A stretch of 64,000 bases of DNA from Octopus vulgaris (Eukaryota), in assembly GCA_951406725.2 (NCBI GenBank), contig OX597833.1:19654001-19718000 (forward strand). Direction: 5' to 3'. Both the position numbers and the translations under genes were made by a program. Positions within the stretch are counted from its first letter, which is position 1. Each line of letters begins with the position of its first letter. A model generated the notes under the pieces. The model had not been told where the DNA came from and made no database searches. It was given only the letters and a program-made list of their open reading frames with translations. Shown here in pieces: positions 13,435 through 27,266 of the stretch.

Positions 13435-14369
13435 TTAAGCAATTGTCTTTGTCTATATGCATCACATGCCTATACCAGCATGTACTTAAGGCACTTACAG
13501 TATGAATATGTAGATGACCAAAATAAATTATATATTTAGGAATTTGCTCATCACAATGACTAACAGTGGCTTGAAGTTTGAGGGAATTTACTTTATAAAG
13601 AGCTTTTCTTTTTTTTTTTTACAAAAAATAAAATACAAATAAGTAGCAATTCAGATCGTTGAGAGTAATCAGACAGCTATGAAGTGTCTTGATCATGGCA
13701 GGGCTTAGGGGTAGATGTAATGATTTAAAATTTTGTAATGATTTTAAATTTAAAGGTCAGCTATTTTGCAGAAGGGGTAAGTTGATTACATCAACCCCAG
13801 TGTTCAACTAGTGTTTATTTTATTGACCCTTAAAGGATGAAAGGCAGAGTGGACCCTGGTGGAATTTGAACTCAAAACATAAAAACACATGAAATGCCGC
13901 TAAGCATTTTGCCCAGTGTGTTAATGATTCTGCCAGCTCACTGCCTTATGGGTAGATGTAGTATTAACGATTAGTAGCTTATCAATTTGTCATTAGTGCT
14001 TTGTTAAATTTATCAAAGGCTCAATGGCTCAGTCGGCTATTTGTACAGTTAACCATTCTAGGCAGTGAGAACATGTTAATTGGTGAATATTCAATTAGAT
14101 ATGTTTAAAATTTAAGATGGGACAGTTTTATAACTAGATAAAAGTGTGTGTGTGTGTTTGTGTATGCACACATCTCTTTCTCATAGATGTTTGCATATGT
14201 TTGCATAGGCACAGGAGTGGCTGTGTGGTAAGTAGCTTGCTTACCAACCACATGGTTCCGGGTTCGTTCCCACTGCATGGCACCTTGGGCAAGTGTCTTC
14301 TATTATAGCCTCGGGCCGACCAAAGCCTTGTGAGCGGATTTGGTAGATGGAAACTGAAAGAAGCCCGTC

Positions 14370-14421
<52 letters not shown>

Positions 14422-14962
14422 ATATGTTTGTGTGTCTGTGTTTGTCCCCCCCAACATCGCTTGACAACTGATGGTGGTGTGTTTACGTCCCCGTAACTTA
14501 GCGGTTCGGCAAAAAGAGACTGATAGAATAAGTACAAGGCTTCCAAAGAATAAGTCCTGGGGTCGATTTGCTCGACTAAAGACAGTGCTCCAGCATGGCC
14601 GCAGCCAAATGACTGAAGCAATTAAAAGAGTAAGAGTATGAGAAAATTTACCTTTGCTCAATATAAATGAGTTATAAACATTTAAACAACAAAATATTTT
14701 GAAATAACTGACTATAAACAATAGACGTGTGATCATCCAATCAATACTTGAATTGAAGGTAGCTTGCATCTAAATTAACGCACAACTCCAAATCACAGAA
14801 CGCAAAGAAAATCAACATAAAATTTTTAACAGGTAAATCAAAAGATATTAAAGTGAAGACATTAAAGAAACAGCACCAGTATTGTAGTAAGGTTGCTAAT
14901 CGATGCAGTAGAAACGTGTGTAGGTTTATTTGAGGCTATATATAGGGTCTTCACTTTAATCT

Positions 14963-15538
14963 TATATATATATATATATATATGTATTAATAATAAGGAT
15001 TATTATGAAGTAGCATTAGTATTACCTTTAATTCATATATATATATATATGAATTAAAGGTAATACTAATGCTACTTCATAATAATCCTTATTATTAATA
15101 CATATATATATATATACACATACACACATACATATAGATATACCTATATATGCATACATACATACATATATATATATATATGCATACATATATATATGCA
15201 TATACATACATATACGTATATATATATACATACATATGTATACATACACATAAATATATATATATACATACATATATATGTATACATACATATATATACA
15301 CACACACATATATATATTAATTATATATATGCATTCATATACACACATATATAATATATTATTATATATATATAAATATATATATATATGCATTCATATA
15401 CACACATATATAATATATTATTATATATATATAAATATAAATATATATATATACATTCACATGCACACATGTATATATTATTTATTATATATATATATAT
15501 AAATATATATATATACTTACACACATATATATATTTAT

Positions 15539-15585
<47 letters not shown>

Positions 15586-15610
15586 TTATTATATACATAC
15601 ACATACTCAC
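14963..15610. repeat. Perfect palindrome followed by a long compound (TA)n/(CA)n microsatellite
   Basis: Direct reading; 14981-15034 is the exact reverse complement of 15051-15104. Confidence 0.95.
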
Positions 15611-18600
15611 ATATTTATATAATAATTTTTGCCATTGTTTTAACATTCACTTTTCCATGCTTGCTTTGGTTGGGCAGAATTTGTTGAGATTGCTATTTTT
15701 ATGGAACTGGATGCCCTTTCTGTGGCCAACACTTCACTTTTCCAAGTAAGGTAATATTTCCCCATGACCAGACATGGAACATTGGCTATGAAAGACACTG
15801 CTTGAGTGACAGTGATTTTTGTCTACAACTATCACACCAAGTCAAAGCAAGGACTGTAACATGCACAAAACACATGTACATGTACACATTCACACAAACA
15901 CACATGACAAACATTTAGTTTCCTTCTACCAAATCTGCTCACAAGGCTTTTGTCGGCCTGGGGCTATCATAGAAGATACTTGCCCAAGGTGTCTTGTAGT
16001 GGTATTGAACTTGAAACCATGCAGTTGGGAAGCAAACTTCATACCACACAGCCATGATCATCAGGTATTGGTCTTAGAGAAGTATTTATATGAAATCATT
16101 TCGATGACTGGCATCCGTGCTAGCGGGGTGCAAAGAGCACCATACGAGTGTGATCATTGACAGAGAGGCTAACCGGCTTCCATGCTAGTAGCACATAAAA
16201 GGGCACTATTCGAGTATGATTGTTACCAGTGCTGCCATACTGGCACTTGTGCCTGTGCTAGTAGGGTGCCAAGAGCACCATTCGAGCGTGATCGTTGCCA
16301 GAGCAGCCAACTGGCTTCCATACCCGTGGCACATAAAAGGGCACCGTTCGAGCGTGATTGTTACCAACGTTGCTTCACTGGCACATGTAAAAAGATTTGA
16401 GCGAGGTCATTGCCAATACTGCCTGACTGGCCCCCGTGCAGGTGGCACGTAAAAAGCACCCACTACACTCTCGGAGTGATTGGTGTTAGGAAGGGCATCC
16501 AGCTGTAGAAACTCTGCCAGATCAAGAGTGGAGCCTGGTGCAGCCATCTGGTTCGCCAGCCCTCAGTCAAAATCGTCCAACCCATGCTAGCATGGAAAGC
16601 GGACGTTAAACGATGATGATGATGATGATGAATGCTACATAACCTCGTTATCTTTGAGGAATCAATTTTTATAATTGTAATTGCATACATTAGCTCATTC
16701 CTGTGTTGCCACTCTGACATGTTATTTCCTCTTCTATATTCTTTGTCATATCTACTTTCCATGTGTTTTACTTCATCGGATGTTGGATGGGATATTCTCA
16801 CTACTACTACAACTCTAAACAGTTAAGTAGTTTCCTTAGTACTACTTACTGAGCCATCACCCTGATTCTGTGTCGACATTAGTTCCAGGATTACATTGTT
16901 ACATTCGTCATCAATGACAAGGCTAAATACATAAATAAAATGAAATTCAATCATAAGTTGTTATCTGGTGTTTTAGATAGATGTAAGGAATATTTTTCAA
17001 TTGTCGATCGAGGCGGTGCTCCAGCATGGCTGCAGTCAAATGACTGAAACAAGTAAAAGAATAAAATATTTTGATATTAACTTTTTGCTATGATGCTGAT
17101 GAAAGACTGAGTTATGTGCCTTGCTTGATGTACAAACGAACCAGCAAGGGAGCCTCTACGTAGTCAGACGACTCATTAGAAATAGCAGCCAAATTTTTCA
17201 AATGATACTCCATCGTTTTAAGAAGAAAGATAATATGATGCATTAGATTATGTGCTAGATATACTGTGTTTAACCCTTTAAAATTCAGATTACTCTGTGA
17301 AATGTAATGCCTATTTATTTTCATTGTTTTGAATTTATGCTGCATTATCTCATAGCTTGTGGAGGTGCGTGGCTTAGTGGTTAGGGTGTCAGCACCATGA
17401 TCGTAAGATTGTGGTTTCCATTCCTGGACCGGGCAACGTGTTATATTCTTGAACAAAACACTTCATTTCACATTACTCCAGTCCACTCAGCTGGCAAAAA
17501 TAAGTAACACTGCGATGGACTGGCGTCCCGTCCAGCTAGGGAACACATACGCCATAGAAACCGGGAATCTGGGCCTATGAACCTGGCTAGGCTTTAAAAA
17601 GGACACATTATTTATTATCTCATAGTTTGAAGATTTCAGTGATGTGATTGTTTATTTTTAGAATGAAATTGTAGAGTAGGTAGGAGAGGCTGCATGTAGC
17701 CAGTTTGAACTTGAAACACTTGGGCCATATATGGCTGGTTTAAATTTAAATGCTAAAGAGTGAAACGGATATTGCATTGTCATGGCTGGAGTGTCTTTGA
17801 TCTCAGAACTCACCTAAAACTAAATAAAACCATTGTATCTGTCCACTTGTACATATTCTTCCACATCATGTTAGTAGCACTGAGGAAGCATCTTACATTG
17901 TTGAAATTTTCCAATCATACCAACAGTTACAAGGGAGGCATGATAAGTTTGTTTGATTTACTCTTTTACTCTTTTCAGTCATTTGACTGTGGCCATGCTG
18001 GAGCAGCACCTTTAGTTGAGCAAATCAACCCCAGGACTTATTCTTTGGAAGCCTGGTACTTATTCTATCAGTCTCTTTTGCCGAACCGCTAGGTTACGGG
18101 GACATAAATACACCAGCATCAGTTGTCAAGCGATGTTAGGGGGGACAAACACAGACACACAAAAACACACACATATACATATATACGATGGGCTTCTTTC
18201 AGTTTCCGTCTACCAAATCCACCCACAAGGCTTTGGTCGGCCTGGGACTGTAGTAGAAGACACTTGCCCAAGGTGCCACGCAGTGGGACTGAACCCGGAA
18301 CCATGTGGTTGGTAAGCAAGCTACTTACCACACAGCCACTCCTATGCCTTGGTTACACTTTAATTTCATTTTATAATTGCTTTATAATTGCTTTCTATCT
18401 TACAATCAGCAATGAGTTCAGCAACAAATTTAGCACATATTAGTAGGTACGGATTCATCAGCACTTGGTTCTCAAACTTCCCTTTCTTGTATTCCTCCAG
18501 GTCATCATCATCATCATTTAGCATCCGCTTTCCATGCTAGCATGGGTTGGACGGTACAGCAGGGGTCTGGAAAGCCAGAAGGCTGCACCAGGCCCAGTCT

Positions 18601-19491
18601 GATTTGGCAATGTTTCTACGACTGGATGCCCTTCCTAATGCCAACCACTCCAAGAGTGTAGTGGGTGCTTTTTACGTGCCACCGGCACAGGTGCCAGACG
18701 AGGCTGGCAAACAGCCACAATCGGATGGTGCTTTTTACGTGCCACCGGCACAGAGGCCAGGCGAGGCTGGCAACGGCCACAATTGGATGGTGCTTTTTAT
18801 GTGCCACCGGCACGAAGGCTAGTCAGGGCAGCACTGGCAACGGCCATGTTCAGATGGTTCTCTTATGTGCCACCGGCACTGATATCACAGCTACAATTTC
18901 CATTATGTTGATCGATTTTGATTTTGATTTTCACTTGCCTCAACAGGTCTTCGCAAGCAGAGTTTTGTGTCCCAAGAAGGAAAGGTATGCATAAGTGGAC
19001 TGGCTACATCCCAGGTAGAAGCCACTTGTCATAAGAATAAAACTCTACTACACAAAGCATTTCGTAGTCGACTGAATGAAAGCTTCGACAGTGTTCCATG
19101 TTCTGTAATTTGGTGGCCATTAAAGAAACTAGGGGGTAGATGAATGGTATGTGAGGACCATACAAACAATGTACAGAAGTACAGTCAGCAAAGTGGGAGT
19201 TTTGAGTTTGACATTTAACATAGATTTAGTGGGTGTTTATCAGAGTTATGTTTTTCATCAGCAGGATTTGAACCCAGAATGTAAAGAAACATAAGGAACC
19301 AGAAGAAATACTGCAAGGCATTTTGTTCTAACACTGATTGGCAGAATCATTAATTCTACCAGTTCACCACTCTTACGTGTGTGTGTTATCAAGTTTACAT
19401 TTTCTGCCTTTTTGGTACTCTCTAATCTCTCTTATACTTCTATCACACATCTCTTCTATCATTCACCTTTCAATCAGTCTTCATACCTCTA

Positions 19492-19938
19492 TCACCTGTG
19501 CCTCTTTTCCACCTGTGCCTCTTTTCCACCTGTGCCTCTCTTCCACCTGTGCCTCTCTTCCACCTGTGCCTCTCTTCCACCTGTGCCTCTCTTCCACCTA
19601 TGCCTCTCTTCCACCTGTGCCTTTCTTATTTCTTTATTGCCCACAAGGGGCTAAACATAGAGGGAACGAACAAGGGCAGACAAAGGGATTAAGTCGATTA
19701 CATCGACATCAGTGCGTAACTGGTACTTAATTTATTGACCCCGAAAGGATGAAAGGCAAAGTTGACCTTGGCAGAATTTGAACTCAGAATGTAATGGCAG
19801 ACAAAATACCGCTAAGTATTTCGCCCGGCATGCTAATGTTTGTACCTCTCTGCCACCTGTGCCTCTCTGCCACCTGTACCTCTCTGTCACCTGTGCCTCT
19901 TTTGCCCCTGCCACCTGTACCTCTCTGCCACCTGTGCA
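19492..19938 (+). repeat. 17-bp minisatellite (CCACCTGTGCCTCTCTT) interrupted by a family-B SINE
   Basis: About 7-8 units at 19492-19622 and about 5-6 variant units at 19842-19938. Confidence 0.9.
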
Positions 19939-20613
19939 TCTGTCGTCCATTCATCTCTATTGCTGACCTCCCTTTTCTTTCCTCTTTCACTGTATTATGG
20001 GGTTTGTGTGACTTAAGATGGCAGTCTCTCTTCGCTATACCATGATTCCAATGTAACTAGGGATCATCTGACACAAAGATCACCTCCTCCAATGTCTCCT
20101 CCCCTCTTAAACGTTCTTTGTCTTGCAAGCTACTTGGTGACCTTGCCAGTGTTGGTGCCACATAAAAAGCACTTAGTCCACTCTGCAGAGTGGTTGGTGT
20201 TAGGAAGAGCATCCAGCTGTAAAAACCATGCCAAAAACATACACAAGTCTGTGCAGTCTTCTGCTTGGCCAGCTCCTGTCAGATTGTCCAACACATAGCA
20301 GCACGGAAGGCAGATGTTTTACATGCAATAATGTAATAATAGTGAATTGCTTGAGGATTAGCAAGCTGTTTTGCTTCACAAACTCTCTCTCTCGCTTTCT
20401 CGCTCTTCTTCAACAAAAGTCACTGCAACTGGAACCAACAGAATCTCCTCTTTGTTGTATGGAATTCTCTTACCTAAAATTATTAGACATCATAGGGTAG
20501 TTTTTCTACCTGGCCAGCTCCTGTGAACTGTCCTACCCATGCATGCATGGAAGATGGACATTAGATGATGATGATGATCATCATCGTACTGAGGTTGATT
20601 TGTTCAATTAAAC

Positions 20614-20867
20614 TAGTGGTTCTCAACCATTCTATTCCTATGGACCCCTTTGATTCCTATTTTACTCAGGTGAACCATTATAACCATTCAATGTTTAAAA
20701 AAATCCTATTATTTTTATGATTAAATATTATTAGGAATTCTATTAAAAAAAACTAAAATATTTTGTGTATTGTAGAAGTACAAGTAATTTATTGCAGATA
20801 AGTTTTAACAAGAAGATCCTATCTGGACACCCCCAAGGGTCATGTGGACCCTAGTTGAGAACCACTG
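20614..20867. mobile_element. hAT-type MITE
   Basis: TIRs (t)AGTGGTTCTCAAC / GTTGAGAACCACTG; 8-bp flanks AATTAAAC / GATTAAAC. Confidence 0.75.
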
Positions 20868-21411
20868 GATTAAACCCTTCAAGCCGATCCCAGCGCCCAC
20901 TGGATTAAACCCTTCAAGCTGATGCCAGCGCCGCCTTGGCTGGCTTCCGTGCCGGTGGCACGTTAAAAGCACCAGCCGATCGTGGCCGATGCCGGACCCC
21001 CCTGGCACCTGTGCAGGTGGCATGTAAAAAGCACCCACTACACTCGCGGAGTGGTTGGCGTTAGGAAGGGCATCCAGCTGTAGAAACTCTGCCAGATCAG
21101 ACTGGAGCCTGGTGCAGCCCCTGGCTTCCCAGACCCCGGTCGAACCGTCCAACCCGTGCTAGCGCGGAAAACGGACGTTAAACGATGATGATGATGATGA
21201 TGATGATGAAGCCATACTTAATTTATGGTAGCCCCTATTTGGCCAGTTTCCTCCCATATAAAGGAAGTTTCTTTTCTTTCTCATCACCATAACATTCTTC
21301 CTTTTATTGTCCTAGAACCGTGTATAATGCATTTTTGATATATATATTTATATAGCTTAATGGTCCAATAGAAGCACAATCAACAAAAAAAAGTTCTCCA
21401 TCCATTGAGAG

Positions 21412-22065
21412 AATCAAATTAAATACACAACTGAAAGAGCTACTAATAGTTTCATGTTTTTTATGATACTTGAGCAGGCATATTTATAAAGTATGCTATG
21501 TATCTTAAAGTGATCTTTCAGGCTCTGTTTATGCTTTAAATATATTTTATAAAAGAAGCATGCTGGATAGTAAGAAAATAAGAAGAAATACGGAAAAAAA
21601 TGTGAAGGTTGGTGCAAAAAAATGGAATGAGAAAAAGGAAATGAAATCAAGAAAATTAAGATCCTCATCCTTCCTGAATGCAGAAAGCTCATTAAATACA
21701 ACCACTTTAGAACAAAATAAGAGAAAATATGCCAAAGTCTGTGAGACAGCAGCTCAATCTGGAGTGGGTGGTGCCTTCCAATTCGATAAAAGAAACCTAT
21801 CCAGGGAAGACAAGGATATTAGTTTTCTTCATTTTGTTTCTCTTTTCCTGTTCTATTTTTTGCACCAACCTTCTTCACATTTTTTCCACATTTTTTGTTA
21901 TTTTCTTACTGTCCAGCGTCTTTGTTTTTTAAAATATATATATAACACATAAACAGAGCCTGAAAGATTTCTTTAAGAGACCTGGGATATTTTATAAATA
22001 TTCTTGTTCAAGTATCATAATAGCATGAAACTCTTGGTAGCTCTTTTGGTTGTCTTTTGAAATTG

Positions 22066-22068
<3 letters not shown>
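21412..22068. repeat. Old diverged inverted repeat, ~270-bp arms with ~120-bp spacer
   Basis: e.g. tctttcaggctctgtttatg / cataaacagagcctgaaaga and gaaggttggtgcaaaaaa / ttttttgcaccaaccttc. Confidence 0.8.
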
Positions 22069-22098
<30 letters not shown>

Positions 22099-22550
22099 TG
22101 TTGTGTCTGGGGAGAGTAATTTTCTTTTTGTGCCTTATGATTTAATACACTCACTGGTAAAATTTCCACTTATTCCTTATTTTTATTTTCCTAAAATTTT
22201 CATTGCGTCTTGCAACCTTTTCAATAGACTTGACTCTCACATGAACTTACATAAAGAATCTTGCAAACCAAATCCCAAAACGAAATAAGGATCTTGTCTT
22301 TTTGTATATCTGGAATTTCATTGTTCAATGTATTCTGATTGAGTTTTTTAAAAAAGGTTTGACTGTTATTTCTAGCAAGTTGAATGGCCACATAGAAGTT
22401 TCTCCTCAATAACATTTACATAATTAGTAAACTGTGTGTGTGTTTAGTGATTTGCAAACTCTGTATGAGGTAGAGGTTATTTAAAAATTGTGTATGGTGT
22501 TATTTATTTTAGGTTAGAATTCATTGGGTTTGTTTATTATTGAAGATATA

Positions 22551-22910
22551 TAATAATAATAATAATGAGATTATTGTATATAGTGCTCAGGTGCACCACA
22601 ACTTGTCAAAAAGTGCGTATAAAGCATATGCAGTAATGTACAAATGTCTGGAAAGCGAACAATGCATGAGTCAGATACATGCTTGTGTGTGTATGGAGGG
22701 GAGAAAATCAGGTGTAGCGTTGGCGAATCTCAGAAAGCATGGAAGTTTTGAAGGATGCAGTGCTCCGACAACTAACAACTGATGCCAGCAGTCTGTTCCA
22801 TGCTTCAGCAACTCTCAGCGTGAAAAAATGTTTCCGAAAGTCATGGGAGCTGACTTTGTAAATATGCCCACGGGTGTTAGATGGGTGGAGTTCCAATATC
22901 GTGATGTTGT
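22551..22910 (-). mobile_element. 5'-truncated CR1-group LINE: ORF2 C-terminus, 3' UTR and (ATT)n tail
   Basis: NTRGHIYK...FRKHFFTLRVAEAWNRL..SVVSCRSTASFK matches the CR1 ORF2 terminal TRGH..FF..RV...WN.L...V....S...FK pattern. Confidence 0.8.
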
Positions 22911-23079
22911 AGATTGGAGATATTGTGTGCACCGGGGATTTGTACTGTCTGTCAAGTCACAAGCACCCCAGACAATCTGTACCTTACAGAGATGCATCCA
23001 GTTCTAAGTAAAGCCAATTTTTGCAATGCACCAAGATTGTAGGGTATTTCTAAAGTGTCAAGATGTTTCTTCAAGTTGC

Positions 23080-23570
23080 GTATTATTATTATTATTATTG
23101 AGTGAGAGAGCAGTGCATGCCATCAAAGTGACACTGGGGTAAAATATACAAAGCCCAGTATACCCATCATGTCTACCCGTCTGATAAAGGTACACTAGGC
23201 ACATGCATCACAACCATATGTGCGCGACATAGTGATCTCATATCAGGATAAACAGCACATGACCTTGCAGGTGGGGCCCATTTAGAATTTTCTTCTGGTC
23301 GAGTAACCCATCCTGGTCAAAAGGTCCCTGAATAAGGGTTGTTTAAGGATGTTGAACGAAACACCCATGTTTCCAGAGGTGAATTATTCAAACCCCAAAG
23401 AATTCCTCTCAACACACAGCTATAATGCTCTCTCGCTACTTCTGCTCATGATCAGAGATGCACATATCATCAGCCACTAAGGGACATGCTCAACTGGTTA
23501 TGGTCAAACAACTGACAAGCAAATCTGTGGTATTGAGCAGAATATTTGCTGTAGCCGATCTTTTATACCA
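23080..23570. repeat. Family-E interspersed repeat next to (ATT)n; partial inverted copy at about 26202-26352
   Basis: 23396-23548 aligns to the reverse complement of 26202-26352. Confidence 0.65.
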
Positions 23571-23976
23571 TTATAATTATTATTATTATTATTGTTGTTG
23601 TTGCAGTGAGCTGGCAGAATTGTTTGCATGCTGGGCAAAATGTTTAGTTGCATTTTGTCCGTTTTTACATTTTGAGTTCAAATTCTACTGAGGTCGACTT
23701 TGCCTTTCTTCCTTCCAGGGTCAATAAAATAAATACCAGTTGAGCACTGGGGTCAATGTAATCAACTTATCCCCTTCCCTGAAATTACTGGCCTCATGTC
23801 AAAATCTGTAATTGCTATTGTTATAAAGATAAGGTAGTTTGGCAGGTGTTGGTAGTTTAGATCCTTCCAATGTCAACTTTGCCTTTCATCTTATTAATAA
23901 AGAACTAATTAGTTTATTAAGATGTTTCATTCTTGTGGTTTTTTTAATTTTTTTTTTTTTTTTTTTATCTTTCCAG

Positions 23977-24124
23977 AGTTCTGGTAAAAGCTCTGTTTTG
24001 GAGAGTTTGGTAGGGAAAGATTTTCTTCCTCGGGGATCTGGTATAGTCACCAGACGGCCTCTTGTTCTTCAATTGATACACATAGGTAAAGCTGAAATTG
24101 AAACTCGGCGACAAGAATCAACCG
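23977..24124 (+). CDS. DNM1L: Dynamin-1-like protein (Drp1), first coding exon seen in window (probably exon 2): end of G1 P-loop and G2
   Basis: Poly-T tract + ttccag acceptor, g|gtgagt donor; 148 nt; translates [49 protein letters not shown], matching the Drp1 GKS and VTRRP motifs. Confidence 0.97.
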
Positions 24125-25185
24125 GTGAGTAATTTTTTTGTTTTGTAAGGACCCTCCGTCTTTTTTTGAGGACATACTGGTTCCACAATTAAGGGTCACA
24201 TTACATTCTCTATAGTGGTTAGTGTTAGGAAAAGCATCCATCCGCAAATAGCAAGCCAAGGAAGAAACACAAATGAAACATGGTCCTCTGGTTCATTTAA
24301 ACTGGCCATATTGGCCCAAATACATTACTTGTTTTATGTTCTAACCAGTCAGATCTAGCCTATCACACCTACCCTTCAATGCAATTCTAAAAATATACTT
24401 GTCACATCATCAAGATTTCAAAGCTATGAGATAATGCATGATTAGTTAAAAACAATGTGAATGAAAAAGCATTATATTTGACAGTAATTTACTGAATGCT
24501 AAAGGGTTAAGCAAGCATCAGTACTTCATTATGTGACCATGGCAGCTTGTCCAACCCAAACCGGCAGGGAAAACAATGGGCATAAAATAATGATGAAGGG
24601 GATGGGAATGGCAGCAGTGATGGTAGATCTTCAACATAATTTCATTATTATTATTATTATTACTGTGCCGGTGGCACGTAAAAAGCACCATCCAATCGTG
24701 GCCGTTTGCCAGCCTTGTCTGGCACGTAAAAAGCACCCACTACACTCATGGAGTGGTTGGCGTTAGGAAGGGCATCCAGCCGTAGAAACACTGCCAGATC
24801 AGACTGGGCCTGGTGCAGCCTTCTGGCTTCCGAGACCCCAGTTGCACCATCCAACCCATGCTAGCATGGAAATCAGATGCTAAACGATGATGATGATGAC
24901 TGTGGATACCTTCCACTGTACTTTCCAGTCAGGTTGTATACATCACCTAACCACATTTAAATGTCCACATAACAACCATCTCCATTCACAACATATCTCC
25001 TGTGTGGAGGCCTCTGGCATTCTTGATACCGGGACCATATCCCTGCTTACCACTACCAGGGTGGAGATGGCTGTCCGCAAGTGTGAGACCTGTGAGTTAG
25101 TGGGGGGGGGGCTGTTCTCACTAACTCACAGGTCTCACACGTGATTAAATAAATTAAATAACTTAATTCATTTAATCATGTAAAC

Positions 25186-25691
25186 CAGTGGTTCTCAACA
25201 GGGGTGGGTCCATATGGCACTTTAGATTTTGTTGTCAAAATTTATATGGAATAAATCTGTCATACTTCCACATTACTCTACATTACACAAAATATTTTTT
25301 TATACAGTTTCTAATAATATCTAATTATAAAAATCATCATCATTTAATGTCCGTTGTCCATGCTGGCATTGGTTGGACAGTTTGACCAGAGCTGGCAAGC
25401 TGGGCAGCTGCACCAGACTCCAGTCTGATTTGGCATGGTTTCTATGGCTTGATGACCTTGCTAATGCCAACCACTTTACAGAGGGTGCTGGGTGCTTTAT
25501 GGTACTGTCACAAGTGCTTTACACCACCAACAGTATCAGTCTTAACACTTCTGTTGCGGGGTATGGGTCTTCTTGAGTATGGCAAAGCACCAGGTCATAA
25601 GTTATTTTAAACCTCGAATGGCTATGAGAGACCATCCAAGTAAAATAGGAATCACCAGGGTCTATGGGTAAGAAACGGCTGAGAACCACTG
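25186..25691. mobile_element. hAT-type MITE with a nested family-C fragment
   Basis: CAGTGGTTCTCA ... TGAGAACCACTG; flanks ATGTAAAC / ATGTACAT. Confidence 0.65.
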
Positions 25692-27266
25692 ATGTACATC
25701 ATCACCATCATCATCATCAACATCATTTAATATCCACTTTTCCATGCTTACTCAAGTTGGCTGAAATTTGTTGAGGCAGATTTTCTATGGTCAGATGCCC
25801 TTCCTGTTGCTAACCCTGACCTTTTTCAAAGTAAAGTAATATTTCTCCATAGCCAGACAGGATTTTCACAGAAGATTGGAAACAAACAACATTGCTTGTA
25901 TGATGATGATGATGATACTTGTTTACAACCCTCACATGATAAAAAAATAAAATCATTATCTGTAAATCTGTAGTCTGAAAATAACACTATGTAACAAAAT
26001 TTTAATTTTTTTTTTTGTTTTGTCTTTGGTCAGTAAGTGTTATTTCCTATTTGTTTCCATCTAGAAATCAAAGGAAATGACTGCTATTCCCTTCAAACTT
26101 TGCTTTTGTGACCTGGACATCAATGTGTTGAAGCTGATCTATTTTCCATTACATTTCAGACTGATTCAGTGCTGGGTTGCTGAAGCAGAAATATCGTTAT
26201 AACAAATATTCTGCTCAATACTGATCTGATTTCAGTTGTTTGACCGTAACCATTTGAACATGTTCCTTAGTGGCTGATAATATGTGCATCTCTGACTATG
26301 AGCAGGAGCAGTGGGGGGAGCATCATAGCCATGTGTTGATAGGAATTCTTTGAGATTTGAATAAATATCGTAACAAAAGTAAAGCTTGAAAGAAATATTA
26401 GCCATTTTTTGATACTTTCTAGGAGTAAGCAAATACGAAATAACAGCTGCTGCCCAAGGACAAAAATCATGTCACACAGTGTAATTTTTGCATGCAGCAA
26501 GTGAAATACCGAAACTCAGGTTAATGATCATCGTTTAACGTCTGCTTTCCATGCTAGCATGAGTTGGACAATTTGACTGAGGACTGGCGAACCAGATGGC
26601 TGCACCAGACTCCAATCTGATCTGGCAGAGTTTCTACAGCTGGATGCCCTTCCTAACACCAACGACTCCGAGTGTGTAGTGGGTGCTTTTACGTGCCACC
26701 GACACGTGGGCCAGTCAGTTGGTACTTGCAACAGCCACGCTCAAATGGTGATTTTTACGTGCCACCTGCCCAGGAGCCAGTCTAGTGGCACTGGCAACGA
26801 CCTTGCTTGAATATTTTTTCATGTACCACTGGCACAAGTGCCAGTAAGGCGACGCTGGTAACAATCACACTTGAATAGTGCTTTTTATGTGCCACCGGCA
26901 CGGAAGCCAGTCGGCTACTCTGGCAACGATCACACTCGGATTTTACTCTTAGCGCTCCACTAGCATGGATGGCAGTCATCGAATTTGATTTTGATTTCAC
27001 TTGCCTCAACAGGTCTTCGCAAGCAGAGTTTAGTGTCCAATGAAGGAAAGGTATGCATAAGTGGGCTGGTTACACCCCTGGCATAGGCCACGAGGTTATG
27101 GTCTCACTTGGCTTGCTGGGTCTTCTCCAGCACAACATATTTCCAAAGGTCTCGGTCACTAGTCATTGTCTCAATGAGGCCTAATGTTCGAAGGTCAATC
27201 TTATTAAAAATTCATTTCAGATCTTTCAGACATTTTGGCATGCAATTGCTTTCTGTTATTTTCTAG

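Noticed and set aside
14134-14769. Longest ORF in the track (211 aa)
   Set aside because: Antisense read-through of a family-A SINE and its microsatellite; no recognisable domain.
16095-16460. Regularly recurring ~45-55 bp motifs with variable intervening bases, superficially CRISPR-like
   Set aside because: These are degenerate internal tandem subrepeats of family-C retroposons. The 'spacers' are homologous to each other, there are no cas genes, and the context is eukaryotic.
21560-21952. 130-aa Lys-rich then Phe-rich ORF
   Set aside because: The composition is a by-product of reading through the A-rich and T-rich arms of an inverted repeat.
1-23976. First coding exon of DNM1L (expected M..LIPVINKLQDVF...QIVV.G.Q)
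   Set aside because: Not found by eye; it probably lies upstream of the window, although a ~100-nt exon could have been missed.
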